A DNA stretch of 64,000 nt from Candidatus Kapaibacterium sp. (lineage in GTDB: Bacteria; Bacteroidota; Ignavibacteria; Kapaibacteriales; UBA2268), in contig OY761611.1 of NCBI GenBank assembly GCA_963664875.1, forward strand, positions 3,616,001 to 3,680,000, given 5' to 3'. A model generated the notes under the pieces. It searched no databases. It worked only from the letters and a program-made list of their open reading frames with translations, and was not told the DNA's origin. Made by a program: the position numbers and the translations under genes. Every line of letters starts with the position of its first letter. Positions within the stretch are counted from its first letter, which is position 1. This document shows, in pieces, positions 21,125-29,757 of the stretch.

Positions 21125-21565
21125 AGAATTTACAAATACAGTAAAAAAACTCCTGCTTTTCTTGGTCAGTCATTTCAAAGAAAGGGAGATGTCTAATAGC
21201 TAATAGAAAAAGAAAGTGCCATTCACACGGAATTGATATTATATATACTTATTTCGGTATGTGTGTTATAGTTTATAAATTTCCAATAAGTAATAATATT
21301 TTTTTAAATTTTGAAAATTATTCTTGTATATGTTGTGATAATTATCTAATTTGTTTCAAATGATAATTAATGCACTATATGTATATGTTTGAGTATAAGT
21401 GTAATGTATTTTAAAATAATGAGGCAAATGTTATGAGGGTTTAAAAAAGGATCGACTTGGGCCAGCCGATCCTCAAATCAGCTCATTCAGTCAATTCAAG
21501 AACTGAATGTACCGAATATACGCAATAATTGACGGATTGAATTCTAAATCAGTTTAATCCAAAAT

Positions 21566-21877
21566 ATGGACAAAAAAATGAAATCGATTATTAAAATTCT
21601 ATGCGGAACTATAATTGTATCTGCAATTGTATGCTTCGGTAGCTTTGAAGCATTTTCCACAATTCATAAAGGTGATTTTTACACAGAATCTGGAAGAATA
21701 GAAAGAGAAGGACAACATGTCAAAACTGAACGTGCGAATGGCGTTTTTATAATTTCTTGTAAAAGAGAAAAGGAAGGATGCTGTTGGGAAATTCGTAATG
21801 GAGAATTAGAAATACATGATCAAAACTTTGTGCAGAGTGCTCCTACATCTGTCGATATTATAATGCCACGGTTTTAA
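21566..21877 (+). CDS. Small secreted Cys-containing protein
   Basis: Signal peptide ending ..FEAFS; mature part contains SCKREKEGCCW. Confidence 0.7.
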   Translation: MDKKMKSIIKILCGTIIVSAIVCFGSFEAFSTIHKGDFYTESGRIEREGQHVKTERANGVFIISCKREKEGCCWEIRNGELEIHDQNFVQSAPTSVDIIMPRF

Positions 21878-21944
21878 AATCAATATTTCACTTAAGAAGG
21901 ACGCCATATAGGTGTCCTTCCACTTTGATATGAGAAGATTAACA

Positions 21945-23144
21945 ATGAAATATATCCTGTTTGCTATACTGCTAATTTCTTGTAACAACAACTTACGATC
22001 GAATCGTACTTTTAAAGTTGAAGAAGATCAAGTTTGTATAATATCGAAACCACTTTCGATTAGTTTTCAATATAACAAAGTACTATTTGCTGATATCACG
22101 GGTAAACTTGTATGTCTCTATTCAAGAGAAGGCAAAATATTGAAAACATTTGCACCTGAAATGCGCTTTTCTGATTCAATAGCGCTCCTTCAAGAAAAAC
22201 CGAAAAATAAAAGATTTGTCTTAATTGATGAGTATGCTCAAGATTATCCTCAGGAATTAGAAAACGGTGGCTTGCAAAACGCACTTGGCAATATGTACAC
22301 AAACTGTTGCTTTAAAGACTCCAATACTATTGTATGTGGTGGAATATTTGGCGTTTTGATTAAGAAGCCTAAATACGCAAAAAAGAGCTATGGAATATCT
22401 ACTCAAACAATGATTAATGAATACAGTTTGCTATCCTCAAAAATCAAGAGCATTCCATTGCCGGAAGTAGAAGAGCCCTATGGTGTTTTAAACTCAGAAA
22501 CAATGTTCTATTTGGAAAAAACAGATAATTATGTAATGGATTTTTCTACTTTCAAAAAACCTGAGGAAGATAGCATACCTTATTGTTATGCACTGTCAAA
22601 AATGGATAAAGATGGAAAATTTCAAAAAGTTTTTTTTGAAGTGCCGAAAGTATTGCAGTCTCCTTTTCTTTCTGATGATTTTATAAGAATCTGTGCTACA
22701 GGAGACGACAGTTTGTGGTGTGCATTCCCTAAAATAACAAAGATTTATAACCCGGAATCCACCAGCTCGTTTGAATTGAAGCTCAAAAACAATTCTAATA
22801 ACCTGTTTCTTGATAGTATGTCTTTCCTTATTGGTAAATACTCTGATGAAATTGATAAGAGAATAAATCAGCTGTATGCACATTTAAGATATCAGGTTGA
22901 ATCTATCTGTAATTTCCATAATAATATACTTGTTTTTCTGAGAGATCTGATAGATAAAAAGCATATCTTACAGCTTTATACTACTAAAGGTAAATTTCTT
23001 AAAGAAGTGATTTATGAAGAATTTAGTGAGAGTGAAGAAATCGCTGGAATTGCATATGCCAAAGACACAGAAGAATTCATTTTTATTTCAATGAAGGACG
23101 AAGAGTGGTTCTTTACTTATAAAAAAGTAGAGGAGGTATTTTGA
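21945..23144 (+). CDS. Lipoprotein, probable beta-propeller
   Basis: Lipobox LLISC; blade-like motifs LYSREGKILK, KMDKDGKFQK and LYTTKGKFLK. Confidence 0.7.
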   Translation: MKYILFAILLISCNNNLRSNRTFKVEEDQVCIISKPLSISFQYNKVLFADITGKLVCLYSREGKILKTFAPEMRFSDSIALLQEKPKNKRFVLIDEYAQDYPQELENGGLQNALGNMYTNCCFKDSNTIVCGGIFGVLIKKPKYAKKSYGISTQTMINEYSLLSSKIKSIPLPEVEEPYGVLNSETMFYLEKTDNYVMDFSTFKKPEEDSIPYCYALSKMDKDGKFQKVFFEVPKVLQSPFLSDDFIRICATGDDSLWCAFPKITKIYNPESTSSFELKLKNNSNNLFLDSMSFLIGKYSDEIDKRINQLYAHLRYQVESICNFHNNILVFLRDLIDKKHILQLYTTKGKFLKEVIYEEFSESEEIAGIAYAKDTEEFIFISMKDEEWFFTYKKVEEVF

Positions 23145-23593
23145 AAAGATTAGTTAATTGTTTTGCCTTATGCCTTTGTATTACTTTTATATTGCTATTG
23201 TCTTCATGCAGAGGTGGAAGAGAGGTCTTTGATGTGAAAATTGAAGGCACTGTAGCCGTCTTTATGTTTGTTGATGAAAACGAATGTTTAGGTTGCTCAA
23301 CTTTTATGCTCGACTGCTTTAGTTTGTTAAATAATCAAAAAGATTTACAGGCTACTGCAATTGTAAATTGTAAGAGAGAAAAACAGCTGAAGACTTTCAA
23401 TAAAAATTATAACTGGAATTACTTGAGCATACTTGATAAAAACTATAAAGAAAAATACAATCTTAATCCTAATACTGTTGTTGTGCTTGCATTTCAGGAT
23501 TCTGAAAATTTAATTGAGTTTTGCAAAGATGATATTCAGGCAATAGAAAAAATAAAATCATATATAAGGATTGTACAAAATGAAATACGCTAG
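23141..23593 (+). CDS. Small lipoprotein with CxxC, thioredoxin-like fold suspected
   Basis: Lipobox LLSSC, ECLGC motif, 4-bp overlap with the upstream gene. Confidence 0.65.
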   Translation: MKRLVNCFALCLCITFILLLSSCRGGREVFDVKIEGTVAVFMFVDENECLGCSTFMLDCFSLLNNQKDLQATAIVNCKREKQLKTFNKNYNWNYLSILDKNYKEKYNLNPNTVVVLAFQDSENLIEFCKDDIQAIEKIKSYIRIVQNEIR

Positions 23594-24794
23594 TTTACTA
23601 ACTTTATTTGTTATCGTTGCGATTAATGTATTTGCTGAAGAAAAATGGTATTTGGAAACATCCAATTATTTCCCTTCTTTCCAAACAATGGAGTTTACTC
23701 AAAATAATCAGAAATATGGTGTAATAGCTGGCTTAAAAGGAGTAATTTTGACGTCAACAGATTCCGGAATTGATTGGTATGGCAATCAAGTATCAGATTG
23801 CCATTGGATAGGTGCTGCTTCCACAGACTCTTTAATTTGCTGTTTTGCTCAGCCGGGAATAGACAATAAAGATAGTTTAATAGCTGTTTATGATATGAGA
23901 ACTGGAAATATTAAACTCAAATCTACCCCTAAAGAAACAGACGGCACAAGAATAACAGGTGTCAATTTGCTAAGTTACCCGAAGGTATATTTAGTCAATT
24001 CGAACGGATCAATTTATGTTTCTGACTCTAATTTTGAAAATTGGGTTATTTATAACACTACTGCTGATTTCGCTGGGTTTGTTAAGTATGACAATAGCGG
24101 AAATCTATGGAAAGTCTCAACAAACAGTCAAGTTTATAAATCTGAAAATAATGGCCAAGATTGGACTATAGTAGAGGAGGCTGGTGAGAATATATATGAT
24201 ATTAAAGTGAGTGGGCAGTGGATATATGCCACTTCGAATCATGAAGCTGGAGTTGCACAAAAGGTTTATTGCTCTTCTGATTCAGGTCTTTCCTGGACTG
24301 AGATTGAATTGCCTTTAAATAAAAGACTTATGCGTATAGCACACTGTGAAAACAGAATCTTTATTACTTTTTGGGAAGAAGAAATAATGACCAATTACGT
24401 TTCAAACGACGATGGTTTGAATTGGACTGAACTTCCTCTTGAAACAAAAGACAATTTGTTGAGCTTCTGCTTTTTGTCCAGCTCTTTAGGTTATGCTTAT
24501 GGTACTCACAATTCTAAAGGTATATTATATAAATACACGATAGATACCTCTGTGTTGACTGAATTATCTTTAGATCCTAAGATTAGCTTGTATCCTAATC
24601 CTGCTTCGAATCTACTTACTATTGATATGCCACAACAAATTGAGCGTGTAGATATATTTTCCTCAGATGGCAAAAAAATCTTAAGTTCCAAAAATAAGCA
24701 AATAGAACTGGATGGCTTGCCTAATGGCACGTATTTTATCTATATCCGGACATTAGATAACACTTATACAAAACAGTTTATAGTATCTAAATAG
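23580..24794 (+). CDS. T9SS-secreted BNR/Ycf48-like beta-propeller protein
   Basis: BNR motifs STDSGIDW, SENNGQDW, SSDSGLSW and SNDDGLNW; CTD LYPNPASN...LPNGTYFI...KQFIVSK. Confidence 0.85.
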   Translation: MKYASLLTLFVIVAINVFAEEKWYLETSNYFPSFQTMEFTQNNQKYGVIAGLKGVILTSTDSGIDWYGNQVSDCHWIGAASTDSLICCFAQPGIDNKDSLIAVYDMRTGNIKLKSTPKETDGTRITGVNLLSYPKVYLVNSNGSIYVSDSNFENWVIYNTTADFAGFVKYDNSGNLWKVSTNSQVYKSENNGQDWTIVEEAGENIYDIKVSGQWIYATSNHEAGVAQKVYCSSDSGLSWTEIELPLNKRLMRIAHCENRIFITFWEEEIMTNYVSNDDGLNWTELPLETKDNLLSFCFLSSSLGYAYGTHNSKGILYKYTIDTSVLTELSLDPKISLYPNPASNLLTIDMPQQIERVDIFSSDGKKILSSKNKQIELDGLPNGTYFIYIRTLDNTYTKQFIVSK

Positions 24795-24813
24795 CAAAAT
24801 GAAAAAACTCAAT

Positions 24814-24884
24814 AACCCCTTTGTGTCCATAAAATTGCAAAATCGCGGACACAAAGGGGTTTGTGTATATTTGCGATGACACAA
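24814..24884 (+). repeat. Palindromic module-boundary repeat D2
   Basis: AACCCCTTTGTGTCC ATAAAATTGCAAAATCGC GGACACAAAGGGGTT plus tail TGTGTATATTTGCGATGACACAA. Confidence 0.9.
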
Positions 24885-24989
24885 GCGATATAGATATTAG
24901 TATATTTGGGAAAAAAAATATTATATTATCAGTCAAAAGGAGCCTGCTGTTTTTAATATGGATACTAAAGTTAATAATGAGTCCGGCGA

Positions 24990-25912
24990 TGATCCAAAAT
25001 CTTATTAGAGTAACGACATTTTATTTAGCCATGTTTATATTCGGAGTGTCTGCCTTTGCCTCCAATAAAGATTCGCTTGCTGAAAAACAAGAATATCAAA
25101 TTGGACTAACCGATGCCTTAGCAGCCACAGGTATATATTATGGAGCTTCTATTTATATTCTCAATAACACTTGGTACAAAGATAGAGGAACTGTTGCTTT
25201 TCATTTTTATGATGATAGTAAAGCTTATATGCAGGTAGATAAGCTGGGGCACGCTTTTGGCTCGTACTTCTATAGCTATATCGGCTTTTCCGGTCTGAAA
25301 TATTTAGGATTTTCTAACCAATCATCTCTGATTTATGGTGGCACTTTGGGATTCGTTTTGCAACTGCCAATTGAAATTATGGATGGCTTTCATGAAGGAT
25401 GGGGATTCTCTTGGTCGGATATTGCTGCAAATGCTTCCGGCTCTTTGTTGGTTATAGGTCAGGAACTTCTTTTTCAAGAACAAATTGCCAAATTTAAATT
25501 TAGCTATTGGGAAACTGACTATTCACGCAATGCGAATGGCTATTTGGGTGACAATACACTTGACAAGATACTTGATGATTATAATGGACACTCCTACTGG
25601 ATATCAGTTCCTATAAATATACTTACTCAGAAATCAATGCTACCCGACTGGCTTTGTTTATCTGTCGGATACGGAGCTAATGGTATGTATGGTGAATACG
25701 AGAATATCACTGAATATAATGGTGTCCCAATTCCTGAAACGCAACGCTACCGCCAGTACTTCTTTTCTTTGGATATTGATTGGACTAAGATAAAAACAGA
25801 TTCTCCAATCCTAAATGTTATACTCAAAGGTCTGACTTTTATCAAATTGCCTTTCCCAACAATCGAATATAACAGCCTCGGCAATTTTGAATATCATTGG
25901 TTGCACTACTAA
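24990..25912 (+). CDS. DUF2279 / YfiM-like protein (start uncertain)
   Basis: QVDKLGH, EIMDGFHEGWGFSWSDIAAN, DDYNGHSYW and RYRQYFFSLDIDW. Confidence 0.85.
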
Positions 25913-26057
25913 GATGTGTAGCTACTATTTGGGAAAATCTACCACAAAAGTTAAACCCTGATTGTCTTTAGAACTCAAAAACATTTGCAACTTCATTTAT
26001 GTGCGAGGAAGAATTCAATTAGTAATTTAAGAAAAACTTACATTTTGAATCATTGAA

Positions 26058-26320
26058 GGGGATGTCTCATAAGTACCCTCTAGATTTTATTAGACTTATT
26101 TCGTGCGAAAAATATTAATACAATAGGAGGCTGAAAGCCTCAAATATATTAGCCCGGGCAACGCCCCGGGAAAGATAAGTCATTGAAATATAGAGCCCTG
26201 TAAGGGCGACCAGCTTGAGACGCAATCATTGCGTCTCTACATTTTGCTTAACTCAATTCACATAATGTATTCAGTAATCGTCAAGTTAATATAGATTGTT
26301 TTGTCGTATGAGACAGCCTC
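26058..26320 (+). mobile_element. MITE family B, copy 1 (about 263 bp)
   Basis: Ends GGGGATGTCTCATAA ... TATGAGACAGCCTC; near-identical to 35871-36134; internal hairpins AGGCTGAAAGCCT and GCCCTGTAAGGGC. Confidence 0.85.
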
Positions 26321-26440
26321 CCAATAAATAAGATAACGACTTGCATTGGTTTTCACATGACATTTTTGGGTTAAATCAATTTTCTGACCTAATAAGCTCT
26401 ATAAGTTGCAAGACACAATCAGTAAAATTGTGATATAAAA

Positions 26441-26507
26441 ACTTTGTGTCCACAAAATCGCAAAATCGTGGACACAAAGTGTTTTGTGTATATTTGCGAT
26501 GACACAA
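26441..26507 (+). repeat. Palindromic module-boundary repeat D3
   Basis: ACTTTGTGTCC ACAAAATCGCAAAATCGT GGACACAAAGT plus the same tail as D2. Confidence 0.9.
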
Positions 26508-26644
26508 AAATCCTATAGTGCTTCTATATTGAATATACGCACATTTGCTAACAGATTCTTTCCAATTTATACAATAATCTTCCAAAACTTTTACCTGAAA
26601 ATATACACGTTTTTAGTGCAATTGGGGTTTGCGTCATTGCAATC

Positions 26645-26765
26645 GGACACAAGTTGATTAGTGTCCTTAAAAAATAAAAAAAGTGGACACAAAATAAAAT
26701 AATGTTGTAAGTTATTAGTATATATAGTATATTAGTGTATGTAAAAAAGTCCGAATAATGGACAC
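26645..26765 (+). promoter_or_regulatory. GGACAC/GTGTCC boxes upstream of the Fic gene
   Basis: GGACAC 26645, GTGTCC 26661, GGACAC 26685 (18-bp spacing from GTGTCC) and GGACAC 26760. Confidence 0.6.
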
Positions 26766-26793
26766 ATATATTTTTAACTTAGGAGTTTTTGCA

Positions 26794-27897
26794 ATGAGAA
26801 CTTACATTCCTGTCGAATTGCCTTTGAAAGATTTAGATTTCAAAAGGCTGCTTGGTATTGTTGCAAAGGCAAATGCAGAGCTTGCAAGGTACGACGGTCT
26901 CCTAAGTGGTATAGTAAATCCTGCAGTTTTGCTTTCACCGCTGACCACTCAGGAAGCAGTGCTATCTTCAAGAATTGAGGGTACGCAGGCTACTTTAGAC
27001 GAAGTCTTTGAGTTGGAAGCCGGTATGCAAAAAACAGAAATCATAGTAATGGATATACACGAAATCCAAAACTACAGAAAAGCTCTGATGCTGGGAGCAG
27101 ATTATCTATTGGATATGCCTATAACTCTTCCGCTAATCAGGCAGATGCATAAAGTGCTTTTAGATAGTGTGCGAGGTGCGGACAAAACGCCCGGTCACTT
27201 TCGGAAAGATCAAAATTGGATAGGGACACCGGGAACGCCTATCGAAGATGCTACTTTTGTGCCGCCTAATCCGTTTATTGTGGAAGAATACCTCAATAAA
27301 TGGATAAACTACATTAGAGCATCAGACATAGATGATTTGATTCAGCTTGCTATAGTTCATGCTCAATTTGAGCTGATACACCCGTTTAATGACGGTAACG
27401 GAAGAATCGGACGCTTGCTGATACCTCTGTTTTTGTACCACAAAAATGTGCTTAGCAGCCCTATGTTTTACCTAAGTGCATATTTAGAAAGACACAGAGA
27501 AGAATACTACGAATCATTGAGAATAATTTCCGAAAGAGGAGATTGGAACCAATGGATAGAGTTTTTCTTAAATGGAATTAGAGTGCAGGCAATGCATAAT
27601 TCCCAAAAAGTCAGAGATATAATGAATCTGTATGATAAAATGAAAACTGTGATTCAGGATATTACACACTCGCAGTATTCATTTAAAATCATAGATGCAA
27701 TATTCGATAAACCGATATTTAGCACTACTGATTTTATCAAAACTACCGGTATATCTAAGCAGTCAGCTTCTAAGTTCCTCACTGCACTAAAAGACAGAGA
27801 GCTGATAGCGATAATGCAAGAAGCAAGCGGCAGAAAGCCGGCAGTCCATATCTTCAGAGAGCTTATCAATATAGCAGAAGGCAAAACAGTAATCTAA
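26794..27897 (+). CDS. Fic-family protein with N-terminal inhibitory motif and C-terminal winged HTH
   Basis: HPFNDGNGRIGR active motif; SSRIEG (S/TxxxE(G/N)); C-terminal TTGISKQSASKFLTALKDRELI. Confidence 0.93.
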   Translation: MRTYIPVELPLKDLDFKRLLGIVAKANAELARYDGLLSGIVNPAVLLSPLTTQEAVLSSRIEGTQATLDEVFELEAGMQKTEIIVMDIHEIQNYRKALMLGADYLLDMPITLPLIRQMHKVLLDSVRGADKTPGHFRKDQNWIGTPGTPIEDATFVPPNPFIVEEYLNKWINYIRASDIDDLIQLAIVHAQFELIHPFNDGNGRIGRLLIPLFLYHKNVLSSPMFYLSAYLERHREEYYESLRIISERGDWNQWIEFFLNGIRVQAMHNSQKVRDIMNLYDKMKTVIQDITHSQYSFKIIDAIFDKPIFSTTDFIKTTGISKQSASKFLTALKDRELIAIMQEASGRKPAVHIFRELINIAEGKTVI

Positions 27898-27900
27898 AAT

Positions 27901-27965
27901 CCTTTGTGTCCACAAAATCGCAAAATCGTGGACACAAAATGTTTTGTGTATATTTGGGGTGACAC
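27901..27965 (+). repeat. Palindromic module-boundary repeat D4
   Basis: CTTTGTGTCC ACAAAATCGCAAAATCGT GGACACAAA; fills the gap between the Fic and HEPN stop codons. Confidence 0.9.
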
Positions 27966-29593
27966 TAAAGCTTTTTTTCTAATAATGTAAAAAAAATAGC
28001 ACTATCTTGCTCAACATCTTTAGTTGCTTCATAACGTATGCAAAAAACATAATTAAATATTGCTGATGCTGTTAGATGTAAAAGGTGTTCAGTTTTTTCT
28101 CTGAATTCTTTTACTTCGACTACTTGGAATAATCCTTCATTTTTTATATATGGAGAAGTTATTTCAGAATTTGTATTACCATTTTGAGTTAGAATCAGAA
28201 GATTATGCTCTAAATTATTTCGCCATTTTTTGTAATCGCTTAATTTCCCATTCTTGTTTAAATCTGATGCTAAAGAATATAGTGCAGTAATGAATGGGTT
28301 TTCTATAGTTTTGATTGCATCCCATCTCTCGTCGGTATTATTTTTCTTGTTTGGTATTTTCCAAAAACTATCAAAATAAAGATTTTCATTCAAATCTTTG
28401 GATAGATTGAAATAAGTGCAGATAGCCTTAGCTATCTTATCAAGAATACCAAAGCAAAGCCGAAAACTATTTCTAAGCATTTCTGATTTTGCTCCAATAA
28501 ACTCATTTTCGTTGAGTTCTGTATAAGTAATTTCTTTATCAATACTAGTACTTATATCATCATTCTCTGAAATACTCTCAAAAAACATCCATCTTGCTAA
28601 ACCAAATTCAGATTTAATGCGATTAAGAATTAGTTCTGATTCTCCTATAAGTTCGCCTTGTACCTCGACTGCAGTTATAACTAAATCATCACTTGAAGCA
28701 GCATTGCAATTGCAATATAAAGCGTGTTCGTTTAGAGCAAGTTTATTTTTTATGCAAAACAGTCTATAAGGAGAATGATTTTTAGCTTCTTCTTCTGACA
28801 ATTTAGTTTCGTGTACACGTGAAGAATAATCATAACCTTGTTGGTTAAGAAAATCATCATAAACATCACTGAGTTTTTTGGCACGTTTAGCATAATCCTT
28901 TGGAAGTGATTGATTTTGACTATCTTTATACCCTATATATATTTGAAACATCAGCTCTAAAGTACTATGTTGAGTATTCATTCTCAAAAATTGTAAACTA
29001 TTTGCTCTGTTATAATTGGCTTGTGGGAATGTTGGAGCTTGGGATAGAATCAAATCATAAAAATATAGAGACTCTATAATTCTTCCAAGTGAATAAAAAG
29101 TATTTGCTATATTATTATACAATTTTAAAGGTGGTGCAATTCCTTCTTTTAAAACAGATTGGAGAGACTGCAAATGATGATTTTTAGCTTCTATTAGAAG
29201 ATTGATTTCTTTAGGAATCTGAAACTTATCATAGTCGTCCGTTTGATTTGTAATTTTATAAAGTCCTTGTTTTGCATTGCCCATAATGTAGTGATAACTT
29301 TCTTCACTCACCAAACTATTAGACTTATACACCTCTTCAAATAGCTGAACTCCATTATTGATAACATCTTCTAATCCACCCTCTGATCCAATATCAATCA
29401 TACGTAATATTAATTCACCTCTATATAATTGAGAAACTTCCTCTTCGTAGTCAAAGAGTTGACCTAATCGTTCCTCTACAATTTTTAAAGCATCACAATA
29501 CTTACATTCATTCAGTAATAAATTTATCGAATCAAGTATATCTTTATCTTTCTCAGTTAGCTTGTCAATATATTGTTGATTTGGATTTTCCAT
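27965..29593 (-). CDS. TPR plus LA2681-like HEPN domain protein (putative RNase, defence candidate)
   Basis: TPR-like YNNIANTFYSLGRIIESL..YD; LNRIKSEF; FRLCFGILDKIA; Rx4H motif RNNLEH. Confidence 0.8.
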   Translation of the reverse strand: MENPNQQYIDKLTEKDKDILDSINLLLNECKYCDALKIVEERLGQLFDYEEEVSQLYRGELILRMIDIGSEGGLEDVINNGVQLFEEVYKSNSLVSEESYHYIMGNAKQGLYKITNQTDDYDKFQIPKEINLLIEAKNHHLQSLQSVLKEGIAPPLKLYNNIANTFYSLGRIIESLYFYDLILSQAPTFPQANYNRANSLQFLRMNTQHSTLELMFQIYIGYKDSQNQSLPKDYAKRAKKLSDVYDDFLNQQGYDYSSRVHETKLSEEEAKNHSPYRLFCIKNKLALNEHALYCNCNAASSDDLVITAVEVQGELIGESELILNRIKSEFGLARWMFFESISENDDISTSIDKEITYTELNENEFIGAKSEMLRNSFRLCFGILDKIAKAICTYFNLSKDLNENLYFDSFWKIPNKKNNTDERWDAIKTIENPFITALYSLASDLNKNGKLSDYKKWRNNLEHNLLILTQNGNTNSEITSPYIKNEGLFQVVEVKEFREKTEHLLHLTASAIFNYVFCIRYEATKDVEQDSAIFFTLLEKKL

Positions 29594-29757
29594 AGTATTT
29601 CCTGAGTAAAGTGTCTATATTTAGATTATATAATAATCAATATTTACAACATATAATAGTTAATAATCCAATCTTATCACAAAAAAAGGCAGCTGTCCAA
29701 AAACACCTGCCTTTCTTCTTTAAAATCTTAATTCCTAATTCCTAATTCCTAATTGAA

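Noticed and set aside
21061-27965. D repeats as a CRISPR array or canonical integron attC array
   Set aside because: The intervening sequences are kb-sized genes, not 30-40 bp spacers, and there are no cas genes. There is no intI, and the RYYYAAC/GTTRRRY consensus and length are not met.
29729-29754. (AATTCCT)3 heptamer repeat after ahcY
   Set aside because: Too short and isolated to support a function.
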